Assembly: GCA_944320495.1 (NCBI GenBank)
Contig: CALUHR010000014.1
Location: 1-50,526 of the forward strand
Source: Candidatus Methanomethylophilaceae archaeon
GTDB taxonomy: Archaea > Thermoplasmatota > Thermoplasmata > Methanomassiliicoccales > Methanomethylophilaceae
Reading direction: 5' to 3'
Length of the DNA stretch: 50,526 bases
Shown here: positions 20,292-29,501 of the stretch, in pieces
How the letters are laid out: the number at the start of each line of letters is the position of its first letter
Position numbering within the stretch: position 1 is the stretch's first letter
The notes under the pieces: model-generated
Database searches by the model: none
What the model saw: only the letters and a program-made list of their open reading frames with translations
Told to the model about the DNA's origin: nothing
Translations under genes and position numbers: made by a program

Positions 20292-21422
20292 TCAATCACT
20301 CCTGCGGGACATGACGTCCGCCAATATGTCCATTCCTCTCTTTATCTTCGATTCGTCGGCGGCGTAGGAGAACCTGAGGTGCTTCTCGCCGTATGAACCG
20401 AAGGCGGATCCCGGGGTGCAGATGAGCCCGGCGGAGGCGAGCTCCGCCGCGAGGTCCGCGGACGGGACGTCCGCCTCGTAGGAAGGGAAGGCGTAGAAGG
20501 CGCCCTTCGGCGGGATGATGGACATGCCGGGGATGTCGTTGATCCTCTCGCAGATCAGGTCCCTGCGGCCCCTGAAGACGGACCTGGCGTTGTCCAGATA
20601 TGGCTTCATGTGGGGGAGCGCGGCGAGGATGCCGTACAAGGGCGGCATGGCGGGGCTGGCGCAGACGTGGTACTGCATCTTGATCAGAGCGTCCATCATC
20701 TCGTCCTCGGCGGCGACGAACCCCATCCTCCAGCCGGTGACGGCCATCATCTTCGAGAACCCGTTCACGACGACGGAGCAGTCGAGGGAGTCCATGAAGG
20801 ACGTGTGCTCGCCCTCGTAGATGAACTCGCAGTACACCTCGTCGGCGAGGATGGTTATGTTCTTGTCGCGGGCGATGTCCAGGAGGGCCTTCTTCGACTC
20901 CTCGGTGAGCACTCCGCCCGTCGGGTTGGACGGGGTGGTGACGACGATCATGCTGGTCTCCTTCGTGATCCTGGACTGGATGTCGTCGATGTCGGGCTGG
21001 AAGAGCCCGTCGTCGGTGAGCCTGTACTCCCTCGGGGTGGCGCCGGCGAGGCTGGCGTGCGGCCCGTAGATGACGAACCCGGGGCTGGGCACCAGCACCT
21101 CGTCGCCGGGGTCGACCATGGCCTGGGTGACCTCGAGCAGGGCGGTGGAGCCGCTGGGGGTTATCATGACGTTCGACCCGTTCAGCTTCCCGTACTTCGA
21201 GAAGTAGTCCGCGATGGCGTCCCTGAGCTCGGGGATGCCGGCGGTGGGGCCGTATTTGTTCCTGCCAGCCTTCGAGGCCTCGCACATGGCCTCGATGGCC
21301 TCCGCGGGAGGGTCGAGGTCCGGCTCGCCTAGACCGAGGTTGATCGAGTCCGGTCCCGCCAGGTCGAACATCTTGCGGATGCCCGACATCGGGATGCTGT
21401 CTATCCTCTGTGAGGACTTCAT
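20292..21422 (-). CDS. Class I/II PLP-dependent aminotransferase (aspartate aminotransferase-like)
   Basis: LGLGEPD, YGPTAGIPELR, TPSNPTG, DEVY, NGFSK..AVTGWRMG and P.GAFYAF motifs. Confidence 0.92.
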   Translation of the reverse strand: MKSSQRIDSIPMSGIRKMFDLAGPDSINLGLGEPDLDPPAEAIEAMCEASKAGRNKYGPTAGIPELRDAIADYFSKYGKLNGSNVMITPSGSTALLEVTQAMVDPGDEVLVPSPGFVIYGPHASLAGATPREYRLTDDGLFQPDIDDIQSRITKETSMIVVTTPSNPTGGVLTEESKKALLDIARDKNITILADEVYCEFIYEGEHTSFMDSLDCSVVVNGFSKMMAVTGWRMGFVAAEDEMMDALIKMQYHVCASPAMPPLYGILAALPHMKPYLDNARSVFRGRRDLICERINDIPGMSIIPPKGAFYAFPSYEADVPSADLAAELASAGLICTPGSAFGSYGEKHLRFSYAADESKIKRGMDILADVMSRRSD

Positions 21423-21624
21423 GGGCGGTGAATGGACGTTCCAGATAAATCAGATTGCCAGGGGTCGGGTTTAACGCCGTTGACGGGGTCATCGGGGACC
21501 GACGCTTCGAGGACAAATGTGCCAGACGTCGGGGAAGGGGCCTCCGGGGGGTGTCGGAGGGGCGCGGGGGCCATTGCATCCCCTTAAATACGCACATCGT
21601 GTGGCATATGGAGAGGGATAAGGG

Positions 21625-21792
21625 ATGCCCGGAAGCGCTCCCAGAAGGAGCTCCATAGACCGCTTCGACGCCAGCGTCGAGGAGGGTACATTCGGAGGCT
21701 ACGAGGCCTTCGGCGTCTACAGCGAGGACGCCGGAAGCGGAAGGTCCTCCGAGTACGAGATTTTCATAGTGAGCACAGGGGCCGAGTTCCGA
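21625..21792 (+). CDS. Small hypothetical protein or gene fragment (55 aa, ends at CGA)
   Basis: Strongly host-like codon usage from about 21655 to 21789 that stops at an in-frame CGA; standard-code end is 21858. The start is uncertain and may be frameshifted from ATG 21608. Confidence 0.4.
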
Positions 21793-21940
21793 TCCCGGTG
21801 CTCCGATCGGCAGAAGGGTCCTCCATCCCGCCCGTTTTCAATAACAATCATAACATAAGTTACAAAGATAACAGCCAGCAGTTTATCATTATCCACCGGC
21901 TCATCCGTTCCGGAGGCCATGAGCCTCCGGGAATGATAGT

Positions 21941-22408
21941 ATGAAGACAGGATGGAAGGTGGCTGTGGCCATCGTGGCGGTCGTCGTGATCGTCGCGGTC
22001 ATCGCCGCAGTCGGGTCCGGCGACGATTCGCCGGAGGTCCGCTACGATTACGAGATCGAGGTGGCCGATTTGTTCACCTCGTCGAGCGGCTATGAGGAGA
22101 CGCCCTCGCCGGGCAATCAGTACGTCATCGTCACATGGACCGTGGCCAACGACTCCTACGGGGACGGGTTCCACACGAACGACCTGTTCTTCCAGGCCAA
22201 GGTCGTGGCCGGAGGGGTTGCGTACGGCACGAGCATCGACATGTACACGCATCCGGGATACCTCCTCGGTGATATCCTGGAGGGCGAGAGGGCGACGTTC
22301 GTCTACGTCTATGAGGTGCCAGCGGGCATTCCCGCCGAGGACCTTGATGTGCAGGTGCACTACGCGGACTTCGATCCGCCGTCCATGGAGAGGGACACGT
22401 CCCTCCGA
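21941..22408 (+). CDS. N-terminally membrane-anchored DUF4352-like (Ig-fold) protein
   Basis: Hydrophobic N-terminal helix, then P.PGNQYVIVTWTVAN and FVYVYEVP. CGA at 22406 lies two codons before TGA (22412-22414). A GGGGCC-GCGA-GGCCCC hairpin follows at 22421. Confidence 0.7.
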
Positions 22409-22441
22409 GGCTGAAACCCAGGGGCCGCGAGGCCCCGCTAT

Positions 22442-22867
22442 ATGCTGGTGTGGAGCGGCCCAGAGTCCCGGAAGAGGGCGGAGGCGGCCTGCATCTTGAG
22501 GCGTTTGAGCTCCGGCCTCGGGACGCCTGTGGACGATATGAACTGCCTATCCTTCCCGATGATGCGCAGCCCGAAGGGCGAGGTGCTGAGATCATGCTGT
22601 GGTCGCACAGCGAGGGCACGGTGTCTATACCGGCGGAAGTGCCCGTGCCGGCATGCTAGGGTATCTGTTCGGAGGGCAGATCTGTTGGTAATTGTGGACG
22701 AGGACACGCTCGGGTCCGAGCTGTTCAATGGGCCCAGACACTTCGAGAGTATTTGCCCGGATTTGAGGCAGATCAGGCTCCGTGTGGAGAGGAACAGAAG
22801 AGGTGGCTGCGTGCAGCTGCCCGGTCTGGAGAGGACGATATCTGGCAGGATGTCCTCAGACATTTGA
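22442..22867 (+). CDS. Hypothetical Cys/Arg-rich protein
   Basis: 141-aa ORF with many Arg codons and no CGA; convergent with the next gene. I recognise no homology. Confidence 0.35.
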   Translation: MLVWSGPESRKRAEAACILRRLSSGLGTPVDDMNCLSFPMMRSPKGEVLRSCCGRTARARCLYRRKCPCRHARVSVRRADLLVIVDEDTLGSELFNGPRHFESICPDLRQIRLRVERNRRGGCVQLPGLERTISGRMSSDI

Positions 22868-23071
22868 GCGGGTGTCGGGTCCGAGGGCAGGACGATCATC
22901 CTGAGGTTCCAGCGAATCGATCGACAGCTCGACGGAGAATCTGGCGCCGCAGGGGCAGGAATGGCATTCGAGATACGAGGAGACGGAGGGCTCTGTGTAC
23001 TTGAGAGAGGATGGGTCTAGCAGATGCCCGCATACAGGGCATTTGGATACGATAAACGAATCAAATGTCAT
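22856..23071 (-). CDS. Small zinc-ribbon protein
   Basis: CPVC...CHSCPC motif and an AT-rich upstream region; 71 aa. Confidence 0.55.
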   Translation of the reverse strand: MTFDSFIVSKCPVCGHLLDPSSLKYTEPSVSSYLECHSCPCGARFSVELSIDSLEPQDDRPALGPDTRSNV

Positions 23072-23337
23072 ATGATTGTTATATTGATATCGAATAGATA
23101 ATATTCACTCTAAATCGGTTATGTCAAATGCTGATATCCAATGTTGCCGAGTTAGAGTTTTAATGCTGTATATTGTACTTTTTTGTAATTCATATTTAAG
23201 TAGATTCTATGCTTTACGTCTAATAAAAGTTGTTTCAGAATATTTTTTGGTAACCTAAAAGAATTATTGAAATCGATATTGATTTTTGATTCCTAGAAAA
23301 CCGGCAGTTTAATACGATCTGCTTTGAAGTTACAATT

Positions 23338-23799
23338 ATGACCAAAATTGGCGAGTACGTTGGTGTCGAGCAGATTGTAGAAGAGGCAGGAGTCAAAAGT
23401 GCTGCAGGTTTGCAATGTGGTATTCTAGTAAACGACGATGACAAGAGAACTACACTAATCATAGCGTTGCCTGGAGTGGGCACTCCTAGATATCCAAACT
23501 ACTGGGATCAGAAAAAAATCGGTGTTCTCCACTACTGTGGTACAGACAAGGGGCAGTCCAAGTCTATTCCGAAACAAAACATCAATTCGAGATTGAACTC
23601 TGCAGTCAATACAGGGGTGTATCCGATACACGTGTACATTCGGCATCCGAATCACGTGTTTCGGTACATGGGTGAATTCATTCGGTGCAGAGAGTACGAT
23701 GAAGAGTTGGAAAACGGGGGCAAGATCATCTATCGTTTCGGGCTGATATCGAAGAATATCGATGTAATTGCTCCAATATTGAACAGTTATTTCAATCGA
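23338..23799 (+). CDS. Stand-alone SRA/PUA-like modified-base-binding domain (ScoMcrA/HNH-associated type; 153 aa if CGA is a stop)
   Basis: YPNYW....GVLHYCG..KG......N..L......PIHVY......FRYMGEF resembles SRA-like domains fused to HNH restriction nucleases. Standard-code end is 23907, overlapping vsr. Confidence 0.6.
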
Positions 23800-23872
23800 A
23801 ATTTCTCTACAATAGAGAAAGGCATAGAATCTGAATTTGGAAATACTCAAGAATTCATCATTAAGTCGAGAT

Positions 23873-24337
23873 ATGTCAAACAGGCCCGCAGATCCCCCAA
23901 TGTCTGATGGCGTCCGGAAGTGTATGAGATCCAACAGGTCCAAGGGAACAACCCCTGAGCTCAGAGTCAGAAGCGCTCTTCGTGAAGCAGGATATCCTGG
24001 ATACAGGCTGAATTGGAAAAAGGCTCCTGGTAAGCCAGATATATGCTATCCTGGAAGAAAAGTAGCGATATTTGTCAATGGATGCTTCTGGCACAGATGC
24101 CCGCACTGCAATCTCCCACTGCCAAAACACAATTCCGAATATTGGATCCCTAAGTTAGAACGTAATGTGGAGCGTGACCGCGAGCAGAGGCTTGAGCTCA
24201 ATAGTATGGGTTGGACAGTTGTTGACATTTGGGAGTGCGAGCTAAAGAGGGACTTTGAAGGGTCTGTGAATCATGCACTAGATGCTCTTCGTGAGGCGGA
24301 TTCAGGTATCAAATCATCTAAATCGTATTCTCAGTAA
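23873..24337 (+). CDS. vsr: Very short patch repair endonuclease
   Basis: MRSNRSKGTTPE, GKPDI, AIFVNGCFWHRCP and YWIPKLERNVERD motifs. Likely start is ATG 23873 (ORF track gives 23837). Confidence 0.93.
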   Translation: MSNRPADPPMSDGVRKCMRSNRSKGTTPELRVRSALREAGYPGYRLNWKKAPGKPDICYPGRKVAIFVNGCFWHRCPHCNLPLPKHNSEYWIPKLERNVERDREQRLELNSMGWTVVDIWECELKRDFEGSVNHALDALREADSGIKSSKSYSQ

Positions 24338-24379
24338 AGTAGTCTTAAGCCATCCTATAACATATTAGACAAAGATCAG

Positions 24380-25816
24380 ATGAGGGAAGTACAGTCTCCG
24401 CCAACTGCTGCGGCACTCATGGAATCCACTAGGTCCATTGGATATTCGTTTGACTCTGCAGTTGCGGATATTGTTGACAACAGCATAAGCGCTAATGCTA
24501 TGCATGTATGGATTAGGACGCTTCCTGACGATGACCCCTACCTGTCAATTCTAGACGATGGGGACGGCATGGACTCACAGGAGCTGTGCGAGGCGATGAG
24601 GTACGGCGTTAATCCCAATCTTGTCCGCGATCCAAACGACCTCGGGCGCTTCGGATTAGGGATGAAAATGGCATCCTTGTCTCAATGCAGGCGTCTAACC
24701 GTGGTATCTAAGACTAAAGACTCTCTTTCTGCGTGCAGATGGGATCTGGACCGCGTCATTGAGACAGATGAATGGACTTTACAGATTCTATCGGAAGAGG
24801 ATATCGTGGATGTTCCGATGTATGATGATCTCAAGGATCTCGATCATGGAACCCTGGTGGTCTGGCAGGATCTGGACAAGCTGAAGGAACGCTCAATCGA
24901 TATGCAGGATCTTATGACTGAAACTATCGCATCGTGCAGAAGTCATCTGAGTCTAGTCTTCCACAGATTTCTTGACTCGACGTACGGCGGTCGTTTGGAG
25001 ATGTTCATGAACGGCAGTGAGATAATGCCGTTGGACCCATTTCTTTCAAGAAACACGAAGGTTGCTCGTCTTCCGGAGCAGACAATGGAAATACAGGGGC
25101 AAACAGTGGTCATTAGACCGTTTGTCCTTCCTCCAGAGTCTACTCTGTCCAAGAGGGATGTAGAGCTAATGGGGGGAATGAAACGTAACCTTCAGGGGTT
25201 CTGGGTGTACAGAAACAAGAGACTCATAATTCCTGGAACGTGGTTCAGGCTTACTGGTAGCAAGGAGCTGACAAAGCTGGCTAGAGTGATGATTGACATA
25301 CCAAACACTCTTGACTCAATTTGGGATATTGATGTGAAGAAGTCATCTGCAATTGTTCCGGCACCGTTCCGTAGGGATTTTGAGAGTATTTTGGATCAGA
25401 TTCTGACGAAAAGTGAACGCAAGTACACCTACAGAGGTCGCAAGGCAAATGATGATTCCAAGACGTTCTTCTGGGACAAGATCGAAAAGAACGGTTCGTT
25501 ATCATATCAGGTAAATCTTAGTCATCCGCTGATTAGGCAGGGGATGGATCAGCTTGACGAAGAGTCCCGCGCCTGGTTTGAGAGAATAATAGCTCTTCTT
25601 GGCAGATCTTTGCCACTTGAGGATATCTTTGCATCTTTGGCAGGCAGATCTGAATGGCATTTAGGTGAGACGCGCGAGGAGACGGATCAGATCATTGGTA
25701 TGGGAATAGGTCTTTTGGAAATGGGCCTAAAGCTGGAGGATCTCATCATGATGGAGCCCTTCATTGGAAACAAGAAGGCACTGGATGCGTTAAGGAGATA
25801 CGAAAGGGGAGTATAA
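24380..25816 (+). CDS. mzaB: MORC/MutL-like GHKL ATPase (MzaB-like)
   Basis: AVADIVDNSI, ILDDG.GM, DLGRFGLGMKMASLS, QGFWVYRNKRLI and LARVMID motifs. Confidence 0.88.
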   Translation: MREVQSPPTAAALMESTRSIGYSFDSAVADIVDNSISANAMHVWIRTLPDDDPYLSILDDGDGMDSQELCEAMRYGVNPNLVRDPNDLGRFGLGMKMASLSQCRRLTVVSKTKDSLSACRWDLDRVIETDEWTLQILSEEDIVDVPMYDDLKDLDHGTLVVWQDLDKLKERSIDMQDLMTETIASCRSHLSLVFHRFLDSTYGGRLEMFMNGSEIMPLDPFLSRNTKVARLPEQTMEIQGQTVVIRPFVLPPESTLSKRDVELMGGMKRNLQGFWVYRNKRLIIPGTWFRLTGSKELTKLARVMIDIPNTLDSIWDIDVKKSSAIVPAPFRRDFESILDQILTKSERKYTYRGRKANDDSKTFFWDKIEKNGSLSYQVNLSHPLIRQGMDQLDEESRAWFERIIALLGRSLPLEDIFASLAGRSEWHLGETREETDQIIGMGIGLLEMGLKLEDLIMMEPFIGNKKALDALRRYERGV

Positions 25817-28602
25817 TGATGGACCAGAGCAAGATAGAGAATACAATCACAATCGTTCGTGCGCTAATTAATCAAAAATTCGGAGACGAGACTCCTTCTG
25901 AGTCAGACATTGTCAAGACGGTGATGAGTGTCAAAGATCTTGCAAATCTCACGGACGAGGAGGCAGAGGAGACGTCACGTCAGATTCTCAGCATCATGGG
26001 ACACTACATGGATGTGGGGGTCATGTTATCTTCTGAGCATAAGTCTTGGTACTACTCTCGTACCAAAGATGTGGATTTGCGTTTTACAAATCGTAATTTG
26101 AAATATCAGGATCAATACCGTCATCTTCCTCCTAAGGTAATTACTACTGTAGATCAGGTAACTAGCAGTATCATGGATCAGATAGCAGATCCAACCCAGG
26201 TTGGATCAAAACGTCTAGGACTGGTCATGGGGGATGTTCAGTCTGGAAAAACGAATACCTATACCACCCTGTGCTGTAAGGCGGCGGACATGGGTTATCG
26301 TGTGATCATTCTTCTAACAGGGACTCTTGAGATTCTACGCAAGCAGACGCAGGCGAGGCTGGATGAGGGTCTTGTAGGAAAGGACAGTGCCGCTTTCATA
26401 AAAAAGAAGGATAAGACCATCGGTGTAGGATACATCGATACCACACCAAGCATGGTTGTTTTTACCTCAACCGAAGGTGATTTCAATTCAAAGAAGGCCA
26501 CTGATCTGAATATCAGTGTGGACAATCTGAATGTTCCCCTGCTCCTGGTACTGAAGAAAAATAGCAAGGTTCTCAAGAATCTGAACCAATGGCTATCAGT
26601 CAACACCAGCAAAAGGATAGAGGCTCCTTTGCTTCTTATCGATGACGAGGCAGATAATGCATCGATAGACACATCTGGCAATGATCAAGAAGCTACTGCG
26701 GTGAACAGCTCTATCCGTGACATCTTAGGCATGTTTGTGACTTCCACGTACGTAGCCTTTACAGCCACTCCTTTCGCGAATATCTTTATTGATCCGGAAG
26801 CAGATGACGACCTGTATCCTCGGCATTTCATATACTGTCTCTCATCGCCGGACAATTACATAGGGCCTCAGTCGATGTATTCAGAATCGGGCAGATACAG
26901 ATCAATTCTGAGAATAATACCTGTGCTACCGGCGAGTGAGACTAGCAAGGGAGGTCTTGAGGAGCTTCCTTATGACCACTCCAAGGACTATGTGTTACAG
27001 AGCATCCCTCCGTCTCTGGAAGAAGCAATCAACTGTTTTCTTCTTTCCTGCGCGGTCAGGGATATCCGGGGTAATGAGCGGAATCATATGTCCATGCTTG
27101 TTAACATGAGCAGATTTACAAACGTCCAGAACTCAGTAAAGGAGTTGGTATACGACTATGTATACAATGTAAAACAGGCATTGGAGGCATATAGTTCTCT
27201 CCCAGAAAAAGAGGCACTCAAACACCGGACTATTAGTGGTCTAAAGCTTACATGGGACAGAGAATATTCTCACTTAGGTTACGAATGGCCAGTTATACAG
27301 CATCAGCTTTTCCAATCTGTAAAGCCGATAGATGTCAGAGCAGTTAATCAGACAAACGGTCCGAAGAATCTGAACTATGCAGATGCGTCTGATGGTCTCA
27401 GAGTAATAGCAGTTGGAGGAAACAGTCTTTCAAGAGGGCTCACGCTAGAAGGGTTGTGTGTCAGCTACTTCTACCGTCGTTCACAGACGTACGATACATT
27501 GATGCAGATGGGTCGCTGGTTCGGATACAGGGATGGTTATGACGATCTGTGCAGAGTCTGGATGACTGAGGAGAGCATAGAATGGTACGAAGGGATATGT
27601 GAAGCCACCGAGGAACTGAAATGGGAATTCAGGGTGATGTCGGACAGGGGCATGACGCCATCTGATTTCGGATTCCGTGTACGCAACAATGTGACCGGAC
27701 TTCTGATAACCGCTCGCAACAAGATGAGGTCTGCAGGCGAGAAGTACATTACAAAAAGAATAGATGCAACACCACTGTGGACATCCAGCATATATTATGA
27801 TGACGAGCACGTCAACAATAACAACAAGGCGGTCACAGAGCTCATAACGTGCATCGACAAAACAATTCCGAGATTTTACAATAAATCTACTGGAAATTGG
27901 GTATGGAGGAGAGTTCCTACTGAAGATATAGTGAAATTTCTGGACACATACATATTTCCAGAGGAAGAGAATGTGCTATTCGACAAGGAAGCAATTCTTG
28001 AAACTTTCAGCTCAGGAAAGTTTCCTCGCGAATGGGATGTAGCCATTCAGCACGGAGATAGCAACAGGACCTACGAAATCGAAGGAATCCAATTGGATCG
28101 TCCGATTAGATTGTCTGTTCGTAACAATGTGGTTATCAACAGAAGCAACGAAGGAGTTCTACGTTTCAAGAGTGCAGCACTTATGAGTTCTTCCAATATG
28201 CGTGAAGGAATATACACCATCAAAGACGGAGAGGAGGTGTATGATAGCAATAAAGTCGCTGAGCTTGAAAAGAACTATCGCAATCTTGTAAGAGATGAGA
28301 AGATACGTGAGGGCAAGGATCCGGACAAGGTTGCAGTTCCTCCCAAAGCGTATCTGATGACCACAGAGCGTCGTCCTATTCTGCTAATATATCCCATAGA
28401 AGTGAATGGAGACTGCCAGGGGGATGATGCAAAAGAAATAGCTGCTGTTCTTGGCGGGCTGCCCACAATAGGCGTGGCACTGGGATTCCCTGAAGTGGAG
28501 AATGCAAAGTCTGATGAGGCGTATGTCATACGTTACAAAACCACTGCTGTGTACAACAAACTTGGAGACAATCCAGATCTTGACGAGGAGGTGTACCAGT
28601 GA
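25816..28602 (+). CDS. mzaC: Z1-domain SF2-helicase-like endonuclease (MzaC-like)
   Basis: GLVMGDVQSGKT, IDDEADNAS, YVAFTATPFAN, HMSMLVN, GGNSLSRGLTLEGL and DTLMQMGRWFGYR motifs. Confidence 0.92.
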   Translation: MMDQSKIENTITIVRALINQKFGDETPSESDIVKTVMSVKDLANLTDEEAEETSRQILSIMGHYMDVGVMLSSEHKSWYYSRTKDVDLRFTNRNLKYQDQYRHLPPKVITTVDQVTSSIMDQIADPTQVGSKRLGLVMGDVQSGKTNTYTTLCCKAADMGYRVIILLTGTLEILRKQTQARLDEGLVGKDSAAFIKKKDKTIGVGYIDTTPSMVVFTSTEGDFNSKKATDLNISVDNLNVPLLLVLKKNSKVLKNLNQWLSVNTSKRIEAPLLLIDDEADNASIDTSGNDQEATAVNSSIRDILGMFVTSTYVAFTATPFANIFIDPEADDDLYPRHFIYCLSSPDNYIGPQSMYSESGRYRSILRIIPVLPASETSKGGLEELPYDHSKDYVLQSIPPSLEEAINCFLLSCAVRDIRGNERNHMSMLVNMSRFTNVQNSVKELVYDYVYNVKQALEAYSSLPEKEALKHRTISGLKLTWDREYSHLGYEWPVIQHQLFQSVKPIDVRAVNQTNGPKNLNYADASDGLRVIAVGGNSLSRGLTLEGLCVSYFYRRSQTYDTLMQMGRWFGYRDGYDDLCRVWMTEESIEWYEGICEATEELKWEFRVMSDRGMTPSDFGFRVRNNVTGLLITARNKMRSAGEKYITKRIDATPLWTSSIYYDDEHVNNNNKAVTELITCIDKTIPRFYNKSTGNWVWRRVPTEDIVKFLDTYIFPEEENVLFDKEAILETFSSGKFPREWDVAIQHGDSNRTYEIEGIQLDRPIRLSVRNNVVINRSNEGVLRFKSAALMSSSNMREGIYTIKDGEEVYDSNKVAELEKNYRNLVRDEKIREGKDPDKVAVPPKAYLMTTERRPILLIYPIEVNGDCQGDDAKEIAAVLGGLPTIGVALGFPEVENAKSDEAYVIRYKTTAVYNKLGDNPDLDEEVYQ

Positions 28603-29501
28603 GGGACATTGTGGCTGAGAGGCTCGGAGATAGTTTCTATCTTGCAGGATCACATCCGCTTAGATGGAGCTACAACAAGTCTCGTACCGCACTGATCCTT
28701 CAGACAGATGAAGAGCCAGATGTTCCACAGCGCTCTTCCAAGGCGGTAGCCCTACGCAAGTGGAGACAGGCAGATGGCAGATGGGCCATCGCATTCATTC
28801 TCATCGATGACAGCTACTCGGAGCAATTCAGATATTTCTGCGAGGATGTAGTGGAGTCTAGCAGATCCGTTCCTCTTGAGAAGGGCGCCAGCTTTGCATA
28901 CGGCAGATTCTCGTTATGGATGCGCATGTTTCGTCCGGTAGGAGGAAAGCTCTCTGAGGAGTCCATTCGCGGGCTTATGGGAGAAATATTCGCCATGCAA
29001 CGTGTTCTCATACCGAGATATGGCGAGATTGCCGTTCTCAAGGCATGGATGAATGCGCGTCGCGGAAAGCAGGACTTCGTGATGGAAGACAGCTGGTACG
29101 AGGTTAAATCCATCATGGAGGGGTCAGCAGGTGTCACTATAACATCGTTCGAGCAACTTGATAGGGATGATTCAGGAGGTCTTGTGGTTGTGCAGCTAAG
29201 AAAGACTAGTCCTGAATCTCCATTGGGTACGAACATAAACAAACTTATCCGCGAGTTTATAGACGGTCTGGAGTCAGCCGAGTCCAGAGATATTATGCTA
29301 GACACGCTGGAGCTGGCTGGATATAGCTATACGGATGAATACAACAGCCTGTGCTTCGATTGCTTGTCCCTGACTTTGTATGCGGTAGATGGCGATTTCC
29401 CTCGCATCAGGCGCTCTCATCTTGACGAGGGCATAGTGTGTGGTAGCTACGAGATATCCCTTGATTCTATCTCAGAGTGGCGGGTGGAAAGATGGAGTTG
29501 A
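28599..29501 (+). CDS. mzaD: PD-(D/E)XK DUF4420 protein (MzaD-like)
   Basis: RGLMGE, W......KQDF......YEVKS and ITSFEQL motifs; GTGA overlap with mzaC. Confidence 0.88.
   Translation: MRDIVAERLGDSFYLAGSHPLRWSYNKSRTALILQTDEEPDVPQRSSKAVALRKWRQADGRWAIAFILIDDSYSEQFRYFCEDVVESSRSVPLEKGASFAYGRFSLWMRMFRPVGGKLSEESIRGLMGEIFAMQRVLIPRYGEIAVLKAWMNARRGKQDFVMEDSWYEVKSIMEGSAGVTITSFEQLDRDDSGGLVVVQLRKTSPESPLGTNINKLIREFIDGLESAESRDIMLDTLELAGYSYTDEYNSLCFDCLSLTLYAVDGDFPRIRRSHLDEGIVCGSYEISLDSISEWRVERWS

Noticed and set aside
21608-21775. ATG 21608 frame with an internal TAG as a Pyl-containing protein
   Set aside because: The translation after TAG is Ser/Thr/Pro-rich off-frame text; the host-like codon usage lies in the 21625 frame.
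22450-23004. Pyrrolysine read-through of TAG 22657-22659 joining two ORFs
   Set aside because: No recognisable domain; the frame contains CGA shortly after the TAG; a competing intact frame (22442) exists.
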